Shown here piece by piece: positions 18,213 to 28,630 of a stretch of DNA of 57,486 bases. Each line of letters opens with the position of its first letter. Positions within the stretch are counted from its first letter, which is position 1. This stretch comes from a virus. Its lineage: Duplodnaviria; Caudoviricetes. The translations under genes and the position numbers were made by a program. The notes under the pieces are model-generated. The model was given only the letters and a program-made list of their open reading frames with translations, was not told the DNA's origin and did no database searches. The stretch is taken from positions 1 through 57,486 of the IMG/VR virus record IMGVR_UViG_3300027704_000029. One strand, 5' to 3'.

Positions 18213-20027
18213 TTATTTATCTACTGAGTTAATGTATACCTCAACTGGCGGTAAACTAACAGCATTTGACTCGTAGCCGTCATTATAATTTTTTTCTATA
18301 CTAAGGGTGAAATAGTTAGCCATCAAACCTCTAGTTGTTTCCTCGTTATATAGTTCATTCTTAGGGTTTGTTAACGCATCAACTATCATATCTGTGTGAC
18401 CCAACTCTAATAAAGTTTTCTTTTCGTTATCTTGTATTATTCCATCTGGTCCTCCTCCTTTACCATCACCAGTATCAACCTTAGCAACAATATCTTCCTC
18501 CATTAATCCAAGAGACTCATAAGTCATACCGGTTATCTCTGGGTTCTTTTTAATAGCATCTATAAATGGCTTGCCATTTTCTAAAACATCATCATGCATC
18601 ATAGAGTTTAAATTAGCATTTTTAAGCGTGTTATCCATCTTTGCCACGGTTTTAGTCTTATCAAAGTCAGAGGCGTTTTGTGGACCTCCCTTGCTTCTAT
18701 TAGCACCTGATTCTTTAGCTTTTATAATTTGATCCCTAATACCAACCATGTTAGTGTAATCTTGCTTGTTATCTGTAGCTAGTTTTTCTATGTCTTTTGA
18801 AGTCATCCAACCTTGTGGTGTTTCAACTTCAAACACTCTGTTACCATCTACCATCGCAATTCTTTTATTTGAGTTGTTATCCATAAAAGCACTAATAATG
18901 CCTTGGTCTTCTGCATTCAAAGAGTTACTCCAATCACTTTTTTCTCCAGGTGGACCTTGCCACTCTGCTATCTGCGTGTTTAAATCTTTTAAAGAAGCAA
19001 TTTCTGCAGACAAAGTATTTAAGTCTTGCATGCCCTTAGCTTTCTTACCTTTTCTGTTAAAGGCTGCAGCGGTTTTGTAATCACCGTGCATTCCCTCGAC
19101 TTCTCCTCTTGTAGCATCTAACCAACTAGTACCCAATGCACCACCAGTGTCTAATATTCCTTGAGCTAAATCATCTCCTTTCTTACCAGCCTCTTGTCTA
19201 TTTTTAGCCATGTCAGCACCCATTTCACTAGTGATCTTCATCAAGTCGTCCATACCTTGAGCCATTCCGTCTTGTTTTTGCCTCCCACCACCAGCGGCAG
19301 CATACGCTCCTTGTACTAAGTTTTGATCAGCTTGTTTTAATGGTGAACCTTTCATTGTGATAGCACTAGGATCGACCTCGGTCTCGGTAAGCGGTTTTGA
19401 CCCAAACATACCAGCTTTATTCATATTACCTAAACCACCTGCAGCAGCTCCAGCAGCTCCAGTTATTCCAGACCACATTTTAGAGTCAGCAGCAGCAACT
19501 TTCTCTCCTTGAGCAGCTACATCTGATTGTGACATACCTAAAAGAGTAGAAACTTTGTTTCTCTCCATATCTCTAGACATAACTTCACCTGATGCTTTCT
19601 TGTTTTGCAATTGATCAGCAGCCTGTCTTTCAGCCATTTGATTACCTTGCTCTTGCTTACCAATTGATATAGCAGATTTCTGAGCATCCATAGAGCCTTG
19701 GTTAGCCATAGTTTGAGCTAAAGCTGCAATACCAGATCCACCAGCAGCTCCTTTCATTTGCTGCATTACATTTGCTTGTGATTGTTGTTGTTGTTCTTTC
19801 ATGAAGTCAGCCTCACCCTGGTTAACGGTTAGGTTGTCCATCTTATTCTCCATGTTAGCGTAAGGGTTGCTAGTGTCAAGCTTTGAAAAAGCATCTTTTT
19901 GTTTTTGCATCTCCGCCTTTGCCTTTTTCTCTGCTGCTTTAGCTGCCTTCTTCTGCTTACCACCAGATATAGCTTTAGCCACACCAGCTCCAATACCAAC
20001 AACAGCTCCTGCTATTAAAAAACTCAT
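18213..20027 (-). CDS. Internal virion/ejection protein
   Basis: Gly/Ala-rich hydrophobic N-terminus, Gln-rich helical body, position next to the giant protein; internal MKGSPLKQ. Confidence 0.6.
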   Translation of the reverse strand: MSFLIAGAVVGIGAGVAKAISGGKQKKAAKAAEKKAKAEMQKQKDAFSKLDTSNPYANMENKMDNLTVNQGEADFMKEQQQQSQANVMQQMKGAAGGSGIAALAQTMANQGSMDAQKSAISIGKQEQGNQMAERQAADQLQNKKASGEVMSRDMERNKVSTLLGMSQSDVAAQGEKVAAADSKMWSGITGAAGAAAGGLGNMNKAGMFGSKPLTETEVDPSAITMKGSPLKQADQNLVQGAYAAAGGGRQKQDGMAQGMDDLMKITSEMGADMAKNRQEAGKKGDDLAQGILDTGGALGTSWLDATRGEVEGMHGDYKTAAAFNRKGKKAKGMQDLNTLSAEIASLKDLNTQIAEWQGPPGEKSDWSNSLNAEDQGIISAFMDNNSNKRIAMVDGNRVFEVETPQGWMTSKDIEKLATDNKQDYTNMVGIRDQIIKAKESGANRSKGGPQNASDFDKTKTVAKMDNTLKNANLNSMMHDDVLENGKPFIDAIKKNPEITGMTYESLGLMEEDIVAKVDTGDGKGGGPDGIIQDNEKKTLLELGHTDMIVDALTNPKNELYNEETTRGLMANYFTLSIEKNYNDGYESNAVSLPPVEVYINSVDK

Positions 20028-20030
20028 ATC

Positions 20031-20483
20031 TTATTTATTTTTGTTAATGTATTCTTCATATTCTTTAAAGTCTTTAGCTACAATCTCTTTTTCTAAAAAT
20101 TCTATGTCTTGTGAGTTTGTAGGGTTTTTATGTATATTGACAAATATACTATCTTCGTTAGCGTATATAACTCTCTTGGTTCCTGGAGTTGCTACTACGT
20201 AACATGGTGCTACGTAATCTTCTAAACCATCTTCCGTTACAACAGAGATGTTGCCAGTTAAAAGAAACCATACATGTAGATGTTTATGTATAGCTCCAAC
20301 CACAACCGTATCTGCATTCATGCTCATCTGTCTAACGTATATCCCATCCGCAAAAGTATGTTTCAGTGGAAATAACAATGAGTCTTGATGAGTAACAACA
20401 CTAATTTCATCTGCATTATCAACTAACATCGATTGAAAATCTAAGATTTTCTTTTGTGAAGATAAATTTATATCTTTATTCAT
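20031..20483 (-). CDS. Cupin-like phage protein
   Basis: HTFADGIYVRQM...GAIHKHLH..LLTG...PGTKR cupin-like strand/His pattern. Confidence 0.55.
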   Translation of the reverse strand: MNKDINLSSQKKILDFQSMLVDNADEISVVTHQDSLLFPLKHTFADGIYVRQMSMNADTVVVGAIHKHLHVWFLLTGNISVVTEDGLEDYVAPCYVVATPGTKRVIYANEDSIFVNIHKNPTNSQDIEFLEKEIVAKDFKEYEEYINKNK

Positions 20484-20507
20484 ATTTAATTTAATTATAA
20501 CTAAATA

Positions 20508-20532
20508 ATCACACTTTTTTGCAGTTATTTAC
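20508..20532 (-). promoter_or_regulatory. Putative late promoter GTAAA-N15-GTGAT
   Basis: GTAAATAACTGCAAAAAAAGTGTGAT on the minus strand, upstream of the cupin/ejection genes. Confidence 0.6.
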
Positions 20533-20869
20533 TACTTTCGAAGATATCCATGCTTATATTAAACATCTCAGCATAACTATCACTATCATTGGCTATCTTA
20601 ATCTCTGCGTAATAACCTAGCACACTGCTTAGGTTTGCTTTGTTATCTTTACTGAACAATATAAACGCACCACTAGGAACGGATGCAACTAAGTTGTTGG
20701 TTACTGTTATCACCAATCCAGATATAATGGTTATTATACCTATCTCCACTATAGCAGAATGAGCAGCCGTAGTAAAACCACCAGATGTTGCTACTGGTAC
20801 GTAGTAAGCTGTGTCACCTACCTGGCAAGACACGTTTAATGGATCTGTAAATGTTAGTGTTGTTGGCAT
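20525..20869 (-). CDS. Hypothetical structural protein
   Basis: Beta-rich, ends FSKDNKANLSSVLGYYAEIKI; immediately follows the tail stabilisation gene. Confidence 0.55.
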   Translation of the reverse strand: MPTTLTFTDPLNVSCQVGDTAYYVPVATSGGFTTAAHSAIVEIGIITIISGLVITVTNNLVASVPSGAFILFSKDNKANLSSVLGYYAEIKIANDSDSYAEMFNISMDIFESSK

Positions 20870-20870
20870 A

Positions 20871-23800
20871 TTAAGATACTGTTAAAAAGTTAGGTGTTAT
20901 TACAAAGTTTGCCGCTGCTGTTCCAGAAGAAAATAAACTCACGGTACCTGTTAGGTGGGCTTTTTTATTGTCCACAGTTGTTACTTCAGCAGAAGATGAA
21001 GCGCTGACTGTTTCTAGCATAACAACATTTAAGTTAGAGGTTATGCCCCAACCGTTTGTAATTTCAAAAGTGCTACCGGTTGGTATAATAGCTATAACGT
21101 TGTTGGATATGGTTAGATTCGAATAAGTAGAAGAATCACTAATACCTGTTATAGTAGATCCAGAAACCATAACACCACTAAAAGTAAACGTGGTTCCAGC
21201 TGCTGGTGGACTAGCCATTGTTTTAGATAAATCTACTAAGTAAGCACCATTTACAACTCTCTTGGCACTAACCAACGTACTAGCTTGTACGGTACCACCA
21301 CTGACGCTGGTTCCAATACCCACCAAAGCGTAGTCAGATGCACTGAATACCAAGCTGTCGTTATTTGCGGCTAGAGGTATAGTGTTTTGTATCGTTACAT
21401 TAGTATTATCACTTTCAATTGTCATTCCAGTTGTTAACCCAACTCTATCTGCTTTTGATACTCTAACTACGTTTGCTCCAGACGCTGTAGCAGTTATGCT
21501 TACAACGTTTTTATTACCACCAGTAAAATCACTATCGTTTGGCTGTCTGTTTATAGCTATAGTTTTACCCTCACCAGCTGTATATATAACTGATATATTT
21601 TTGATTAAATTTATACCGCTAGACCCTAATGTAGTTGAGAAGCCAGTTGTTGCGGTTGGTATTCTAGTTGTATTCGCTAGAGCAGTGTTGGTTATAGTGC
21701 TGTTAGTAAAAGCCTGTTGGTTGAAGGTTACAGGTGATTCGGATGTGGGTGCATTAGCACCTAAAGCTAAATTTGTACCAGCCCCAGTTGTAGCCTGTGC
21801 ATACATGCTAAACGCAGTATTAGCGGTGGTTGCATTAGGAAGTGTAATATCTATTGATTGAGATAACGAGACAGGCAAAGCAACTACATTGACTACGGCT
21901 GAGCCACCTTCGCTCCAGCTCCCAGCGCCAGCATAACCTCTAACGCCAGCTGATGGTAGAGTGTAGTATGAAGATCCACTTCTCAATACAAGCCCAACAT
22001 TACCAGCGGAAGTGCTACTCATATTTAAGATGTTCTGGTTACCACTAACGTTTAAGCTTGTAAAACCCATAGAGTTTAATGTTGACGTGTTGTTAGTAGA
22101 TGTCGTTATCGGTCTAGCCAACCAGGTCAATTCCACACAATGCATAAAAGTACACCAATCACCCTCGCCGCTAACTGGATCAGGATCTAAACCTAAAACT
22201 CCAACTGGAGGCGTGTAAAACACCTCAACAACTGTTTTCTTAATTTTATTAGTATTATTTGTTGATGTGTGGTTTGTGTTAGTTATAACGTAACTGAAGT
22301 ATGATTGCCAAGGGGAAGCGCTGCTATGAGTGTGGTATTGAGTTTTAACACCCTTACCAGCAGTTTGTGGTATTAGGTACTCTGCATTCCCAGCTGTTAT
22401 CGTGTATTCAGCCATTTTTGTTGTTTGGCCTTGTAAAACCCCATTCGTAGCCTCGTGTTCATTAGACTTTTGTGCGTGTCCGTTGGGGTCAAATTGATCT
22501 ATGTTTGTTTCCGTTATACCCGCTATATCGGTTTGAGCTACTGTTACGGTTCTACCATTAGCATTAGCCGTTTGGTTATAGTGAACTTTTACGCAAGCAT
22601 TTCTATATATATTACCTCCAGAAGAAGTAGATCCACCGTGGTCTATGTCTACAAATAAATTAACAGCTGTTGAAGGAGCTGTAAAAGCACTATAGTATAT
22701 TCTAGCTCTAACTGTATTACCAGGGTCACCAGCAATACCGACGTTAGTAAATTCAACTTTAGTTATACCAGAATCAGCGTTCCAACCACCAGCAGCAGTG
22801 TGAACGTAAACCGTTGCATTACCAGTACCAGTTGTTGAAGCTGTTCCACCGGGCACGGTAAAAGTTGCCGCATCTAAATCTAAGCCTGAGTAAACTAACG
22901 CTCCACTTTGGTTAAATGTTATGTTGTGCAATATAGCGTCTTTGTATCCAGCTGGGTAAGCTGTACCACTTGATATCACTTGCGTTAAAGTACCCGTGAA
23001 GTTCCAGTCAACACTATCAGCACTAGTATCCCAATTAGTACCACTATTGCTCTGTGTTCCCGGTGAAACTGTTAACTTACTTTGTGTAACAGGTGTTCCA
23101 GTTGTGTTACTAGAAGCAACACCTAAACCTTGCACTGAGAATTCTCTTTCATCTAAGTTTGCTAAGTCTGTTGCTATTCCCTTAACTGTACTAAACCACT
23201 TGCCTTCTTTTGACTTAAACTCTAGTTGGCCAATCTCCTGAAGGTCAGTAAACATGTTGTCTACATACCAACCGGTTTTTGCTGTTAAGTTGTAGTAGTC
23301 TGGATCTGTTAAGTGAGCTGTTATCCTAGATTGAGTTCCCTCATAGTTTATTAAGTTAAAACTTTTAACAGAGCTATGTTGCTCGTTGAATATTAAAGTT
23401 ACATCAGGATAATATTGTACTCCATAAAAATTATTAGGTGCTACGGCAGCTGGGCTGTATGCAATTGACTCTGAAACATGGTGTTGCCACATTTGCCCAT
23501 TTTTAAAGGTATAGTACTCATTGTTAAGACTAACACCCATTTCAGGTTCAAATGACTTAAATGCAACCCAACCCTTTACTACCTCACTATATGTTATAGT
23601 TGTTTTTGTAGAAAACACTTGTGATGATGTTACTTTTTTACCAATACTTATGTTGTAGTCAGCTTTCTTTTCGTCGTAAGTACCTATGACATCAGCCACA
23701 TCTACCAACGTATCATTAAAGTAATCCTTCATACCAACGTCTGATAGCACTTTTATTGTAGAGTTACCCTCTAGTTTTAAAACTTTACCTCTCATTGGAT

Positions 23801-26800
23801 CACACCAGTACATAGCGCCAGGAGCAACAGCTAGGGACTCTGGACTTGTAGATATACCATAATCACCAGGTATTGGAGTTGGAGCTCCTAAGACGTTATT
23901 AGACGATGTTACATTCGAATTACCATCAGCATTGTAAAGTGCATCTTTGTTTGTTAATATGTTTAATACTTTATCTTCGCAGAAAACCAAAGTGTTTGTG
24001 TTCCTAGCATGCATTCTCTGTATCGTTCCATAGCTAGGGTTTATATCTTTCGTTATAGGTTCTGCTTGTATGAATTGGTTAAGATTGTTAACGCCACTAG
24101 TTGAATTAAATATTCCAGAGAATATCATACCACTACTTCTTCGCTCTTCCTCATAAGGAGTTGCTAGAGTTGTCGATGCTTTAACTCCATTATCAAGTTG
24201 TGGTGCGTTGTAGTCGTCTCTGACTCTATCTGACTCAACACCGTTACCAAACGCCCAGCAATTAGACCAAGCAAGTAACATTGGATTATGCCATGGAGCT
24301 CTTTCAGATGAAAATATCGCGCCTGTTGTTTGGTCTATAGCGTTTTCACCTGTTGTTAGTTGAATATTTTTTTGACCAGAAGCAGCGCCACCAACTTTAT
24401 TTACAAATAATATTAGTTTTGTTTTATCAGGTCTCTCTACGTATATCCAAGCATCATGAGCTAAAGCTATAGCTAGGTTGATATCTAAAGTTATTGTTGT
24501 TAGATACGGTTTGCTAGTTACAGAGTTTACAAATTTAACAGTATAAGTAACTCCGCCTCTAACGTATTTAGACCCTATAGGTATTAACAACTCGTTTTGA
24601 GTATGATCTGGGTTTAAAGGTATCTTAGCGCTAGCTTCGTAATATATATCTAAACCTACGTCTTCTTTTGGCTCTGTTTCCCATATAGCTGGGTTGGTAC
24701 TACTAAAAGTTTCCCCACCCCCATCTTCAACGCTTATCATAGGCTCTAAAAACTCTATAGTTATATCGTGGTTGTTGTATTGGTTTACACCTCGTTGGTG
24801 TACAAACTTACCATCGTTAACACCGTTAGGGTTAGGATAGGTTGTGTAATGCCTAGGCGGTCGCCACCCGTACGTACTAGAGTTCCAATGATTTGGCTCA
24901 CCGTATACAGTTCCATCTACTAATTGGTTGGCCGTGTTTAGAATAGCGCCACTATTACTTGTCATTGGCCACCAGTTATGAGGGTCGCCAATATTGTAGG
25001 ATCCTGAGGTAACTGTACCTCCAACTATCCCTCCATCGTACCTCTCTCCATTTAATATTGGTACTTCTTCAAGGGTAAGAGGATGCACTCTATTCATAGC
25101 AACGTGCTGGGTATCATCAAAAATATGACTACTACTACTACCAAACATCTTGTCAACTTCTATCCTGAAGCTATACCTTTGGTTATCATCATCACCACTA
25201 TCTGCTCCAGATCCACGATGATTCCATTTATAATCGCCACTACCACCTATTAATGGTGCACTAGACGACTCATTGACCGAGTTGCCATTGTAGTATACTA
25301 AGTTACCAATATTCAGTGGAGCACTACCGTACCTCATCCTAGAGCCCAGCCTTCCGTGTACGCCTTCTATTCTATATACTATTTGCGCCGGATCTTGCTT
25401 GAACCTAAACAAGGTACCAACATTTTTTAAGTAAGTCCAAGGTGTCGTAAACCTACTACCTTGGCTTGATATGCCGTCTTCAGCACTCCAATTAGAGTAG
25501 GATATATCCATCAACCCTTTGCAACCAATACTTTCAAGGCCAGTAATAGCGTTGTTCCCGTTCCAATTGTACATACCCCCACTATTTATACCATCGGTAG
25601 CAAAGTTTGCAGGTCCTGTAGTTGATCTAGTATCAACGTTGTCAATAAACCACCTATTCTTTGTACTGTACTGATCACCACCATTGTGGTATTCTCTCCA
25701 TTCAGTCCAAGCACCTTCTTGCAGCCCTTCGTTTCCACCTAAATATCCCATCTGCATGGTATCCTTAACAGAGTAAGACACCTTGGACACAGCTAAGTCC
25801 ATCAACTCGTTTTGTAGAGTCAAATCTTTTAGTATTTTAACAAAGAACCTACCGTCAAACTCAGGCTTGTCTTCAAATTTGTTTTGAACCACTTCCAGCT
25901 TCATAGCTAAAGTAGGGCTTAATATCGAGATAGCACCTAACTCCTCACCCAAAGGCTTACTTAAGGTTAATTTCAAGAAAGTTCCTTGTGAAGCTATACC
26001 AGCTACATCGTACATTTCTGACAGATATGTCTCTGAGCCACTTACACCCCCTATTCGTATTTGTAAGTTATCTAAAACCTGTGGTGACCTAGTTTGGAGG
26101 AAGGCGTTATCAAAGTGTGTCTTTCTAACTCTGACGTACTTTCTACCGGGCTCTGGTAATCCAGAAGTTGCAAATTCAACAGTTTCAAAACCAAAACTCT
26201 TTCTCAGCTTCTTTATAAAAAGAGGAGCATCGTTCTCTATAGCCACAACTCGGTACCTTGCTTTCTCGACAACAGGTAGGTTTGTATCATGAGCTTTTTT
26301 AAGGTATAAATAAGTGTCTGCTTGTACTTTATTTCTTTCAGCAGATGGAAATGATAGCCAAACGTTACCATCTTCAGCATCGTAAAAACGATCCATAGCT
26401 AAGTTGTAGTACTCATTAGATGTTTCCTTAACATAGTAAGAAACGAACTCAGCCCAAGGTGGTCTAAGCACAGACTCTATTATCTTTGCGTTTAAGTAAT
26501 TTTGATTGACACAATCCTTTTTGTCGATTGTCACGGAACCACCCTCTCTAGGTACCATGACCGGAGTTTCTCTTCCGTACTTGTCAGACCAAACAACACC
26601 AATTTGGTATGTTCTAAGGGACTTAACAGACCTGTTAGGCATTTCTTCGTCCTCTATTTGCGAATCTGGTATAGGGTAAGAGTTGTGCTTACAGTTCATT
26701 ATTAGTGAAGCATCGATGTTATAATTCTGAACATAGTTACCAAAAACCAACCTATTGGCTGTCATGACTTGAGTTTTAGCTAACCTAGGTACGTTGTCCC

Positions 26801-28622
26801 AAGGTCTTAATAATTGGTTAGAAGGCACTACAGCGTGGATTAACTCTGATTTTATTTCAAATCCTCCTCTCGCATAGGCATCAAGACTCCCGTCTGGCCA
26901 TATAGGATGACCGTCTAGAGGTTTTAATGTTTTAACCGTGTAAACAGTAGACTTATTTGTTTCTTTATAGAGAAGGTCAACTTCTATGACATCTTCTGGA
27001 AGTGCACCCCACTCTGGGAAGTAATTTTCTAACTTCAAATACCTCAACCTATTTGACATGGCTAGGTTAAAACCTTTTTTTGGTAGGTAATCGAAGTCAC
27101 CAGGAAGAAAAGCTATTTCAGACCAAGGCGCAAAAGTTGAGTATTCGCCATCCTGGTATCTCCATCTATAAGAAAACCTAGGAAACTTAAACTCAAACAT
27201 TGGTTTTTGCAATTCAACTCTACCTGACCATGCTACGTCTTCACGTGCTATTGACCCATCAATAGAGTTGATTATCAAGTTAAAAGTACCTGTAGTAATA
27301 GTATTTGGTGGACCACTAGCGCCAACTTGTAGCGGTAGCGGACTAGCAACAGTTGCTCTCACTAGCGCTTCGTCAGAAGGAAAGCTCTGTGCTGATACTG
27401 TTTGGTCGTTAGTAAGCATGAGTACATCACCAACCCTAAGATCTATATCGGTGACAAAGTCCACCGTGATAGCATCTCCAACTACTAGCACTTCAGGCGT
27501 AGACTGTGAATCATAAAAATTCATTGCTGTAGTGACACCAAAGACAGCGTTCTCCTCACCAGCGTCGTTAACCCTATCACTTTTCGTTGAGAACATTTTC
27601 AGCGATAGCGCGTTTGTTGGTGATTTTTTAATCACCGTTATATGGTCTTCTTTAACGTATACCGGTTGATCTTTTACTCTGTTTAAAGCAACAACTAATT
27701 GTGTAGATGTAGATTCTGCTCTCTTAACTAATCTCGTGTGAAACAGTCCAGTGTTTAGAGCATCACTAAAAGTAGCGTTAGTCATAACACCAGCAGGCAT
27801 TGTATTGTGATAAAACAATTTATTTCTACCAATAAGCGGACCACCAACTCCACCTGTACCTCTCTTGCTTCTTTCTAAGTGTATTTTTTTAGGCTCGTTC
27901 TGATTATCAGTCCAAAACATCATGTCATTAAGAATGTCGATGCTATGAATAATGTTGTGTGGGTTGAATTTTAAAACTCTTGGAGCAGATACTGTGAGAA
28001 TATCTCCAACAGAACTAGGTATAGCATTAGCGTTATCATGGTGAATCCACCAAACAGATGCGTAGTATCTTATTTTAGTAACTTTCACGTCCCAAGTGCT
28101 AGATATACCAATTGTGTTTCCAGAGTCTGTAAAACTACCACTCAAATTCATACCGACTCTTATGCCGTGTGCCCAGCTTTGATCACCACCTTTTATTTTA
28201 AAAACTTTAGTACCATCAGCACAGGCTGTTGTAACAGAGTGTTTTGCTGTATGTATGTCTACAAACACAAAGTCAGTTGTTTTCTTTTTAGTATTGTATT
28301 CTACTATGTAATCTTTCTGAGGAGTTCCAACTGGAACCGCAGCTACATCACTACCACTGTATACCATGAAATATACTTTGTCTTTTTCAGGCAAAGCTTT
28401 AACCCCGACGACTTTAGATATAGTTGGGTCGATAAAAGTATATACAGTGTCTTCTGTAACGTTTGTATTACCTAGCAATGTCTGTAAAGAACCAACGTCG
28501 GATCCGTCAGATGTAGATATCTGAATATTATTGGCGTCACGATACTGACCAGCGGGTAAAACCCTCTCATCCATATCTTTGTTCATCTTTCCTCCAGAGA
28601 AATTTCTTTTTAATTCTGCCAT
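20871..28622 (-). CDS. Tail stabilisation/nozzle protein (crAss-like stabilisation protein, tail tubular B-like) with long extension
   Basis: N-terminal F..GKMNKDMDER.LP.GQYRDA.N and later GNGVESDRVRDDYN, YGISTSPES and KEGKWF motifs of podoviral tail nozzle proteins. Confidence 0.75.
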   Translation of the reverse strand: MAELKRNFSGGKMNKDMDERVLPAGQYRDANNIQISTSDGSDVGSLQTLLGNTNVTEDTVYTFIDPTISKVVGVKALPEKDKVYFMVYSGSDVAAVPVGTPQKDYIVEYNTKKKTTDFVFVDIHTAKHSVTTACADGTKVFKIKGGDQSWAHGIRVGMNLSGSFTDSGNTIGISSTWDVKVTKIRYYASVWWIHHDNANAIPSSVGDILTVSAPRVLKFNPHNIIHSIDILNDMMFWTDNQNEPKKIHLERSKRGTGGVGGPLIGRNKLFYHNTMPAGVMTNATFSDALNTGLFHTRLVKRAESTSTQLVVALNRVKDQPVYVKEDHITVIKKSPTNALSLKMFSTKSDRVNDAGEENAVFGVTTAMNFYDSQSTPEVLVVGDAITVDFVTDIDLRVGDVLMLTNDQTVSAQSFPSDEALVRATVASPLPLQVGASGPPNTITTGTFNLIINSIDGSIAREDVAWSGRVELQKPMFEFKFPRFSYRWRYQDGEYSTFAPWSEIAFLPGDFDYLPKKGFNLAMSNRLRYLKLENYFPEWGALPEDVIEVDLLYKETNKSTVYTVKTLKPLDGHPIWPDGSLDAYARGGFEIKSELIHAVVPSNQLLRPWDNVPRLAKTQVMTANRLVFGNYVQNYNIDASLIMNCKHNSYPIPDSQIEDEEMPNRSVKSLRTYQIGVVWSDKYGRETPVMVPREGGSVTIDKKDCVNQNYLNAKIIESVLRPPWAEFVSYYVKETSNEYYNLAMDRFYDAEDGNVWLSFPSAERNKVQADTYLYLKKAHDTNLPVVEKARYRVVAIENDAPLFIKKLRKSFGFETVEFATSGLPEPGRKYVRVRKTHFDNAFLQTRSPQVLDNLQIRIGGVSGSETYLSEMYDVAGIASQGTFLKLTLSKPLGEELGAISILSPTLAMKLEVVQNKFEDKPEFDGRFFVKILKDLTLQNELMDLAVSKVSYSVKDTMQMGYLGGNEGLQEGAWTEWREYHNGGDQYSTKNRWFIDNVDTRSTTGPANFATDGINSGGMYNWNGNNAITGLESIGCKGLMDISYSNWSAEDGISSQGSRFTTPWTYLKNVGTLFRFKQDPAQIVYRIEGVHGRLGSRMRYGSAPLNIGNLVYYNGNSVNESSSAPLIGGSGDYKWNHRGSGADSGDDDNQRYSFRIEVDKMFGSSSSHIFDDTQHVAMNRVHPLTLEEVPILNGERYDGGIVGGTVTSGSYNIGDPHNWWPMTSNSGAILNTANQLVDGTVYGEPNHWNSSTYGWRPPRHYTTYPNPNGVNDGKFVHQRGVNQYNNHDITIEFLEPMISVEDGGGETFSSTNPAIWETEPKEDVGLDIYYEASAKIPLNPDHTQNELLIPIGSKYVRGGVTYTVKFVNSVTSKPYLTTITLDINLAIALAHDAWIYVERPDKTKLILFVNKVGGAASGQKNIQLTTGENAIDQTTGAIFSSERAPWHNPMLLAWSNCWAFGNGVESDRVRDDYNAPQLDNGVKASTTLATPYEEERRSSGMIFSGIFNSTSGVNNLNQFIQAEPITKDINPSYGTIQRMHARNTNTLVFCEDKVLNILTNKDALYNADGNSNVTSSNNVLGAPTPIPGDYGISTSPESLAVAPGAMYWCDPMRGKVLKLEGNSTIKVLSDVGMKDYFNDTLVDVADVIGTYDEKKADYNISIGKKVTSSQVFSTKTTITYSEVVKGWVAFKSFEPEMGVSLNNEYYTFKNGQMWQHHVSESIAYSPAAVAPNNFYGVQYYPDVTLIFNEQHSSVKSFNLINYEGTQSRITAHLTDPDYYNLTAKTGWYVDNMFTDLQEIGQLEFKSKEGKWFSTVKGIATDLANLDEREFSVQGLGVASSNTTGTPVTQSKLTVSPGTQSNSGTNWDTSADSVDWNFTGTLTQVISSGTAYPAGYKDAILHNITFNQSGALVYSGLDLDAATFTVPGGTASTTGTGNATVYVHTAAGGWNADSGITKVEFTNVGIAGDPGNTVRARIYYSAFTAPSTAVNLFVDIDHGGSTSSGGNIYRNACVKVHYNQTANANGRTVTVAQTDIAGITETNIDQFDPNGHAQKSNEHEATNGVLQGQTTKMAEYTITAGNAEYLIPQTAGKGVKTQYHTHSSASPWQSYFSYVITNTNHTSTNNTNKIKKTVVEVFYTPPVGVLGLDPDPVSGEGDWCTFMHCVELTWLARPITTSTNNTSTLNSMGFTSLNVSGNQNILNMSSTSAGNVGLVLRSGSSYYTLPSAGVRGYAGAGSWSEGGSAVVNVVALPVSLSQSIDITLPNATTANTAFSMYAQATTGAGTNLALGANAPTSESPVTFNQQAFTNSTITNTALANTTRIPTATTGFSTTLGSSGINLIKNISVIYTAGEGKTIAINRQPNDSDFTGGNKNVVSITATASGANVVRVSKADRVGLTTGMTIESDNTNVTIQNTIPLAANNDSLVFSASDYALVGIGTSVSGGTVQASTLVSAKRVVNGAYLVDLSKTMASPPAAGTTFTFSGVMVSGSTITGISDSSTYSNLTISNNVIAIIPTGSTFEITNGWGITSNLNVVMLETVSASSSAEVTTVDNKKAHLTGTVSLFSSGTAAANFVITPNFLTVS

Positions 28623-28630
28623 GTTCTATT

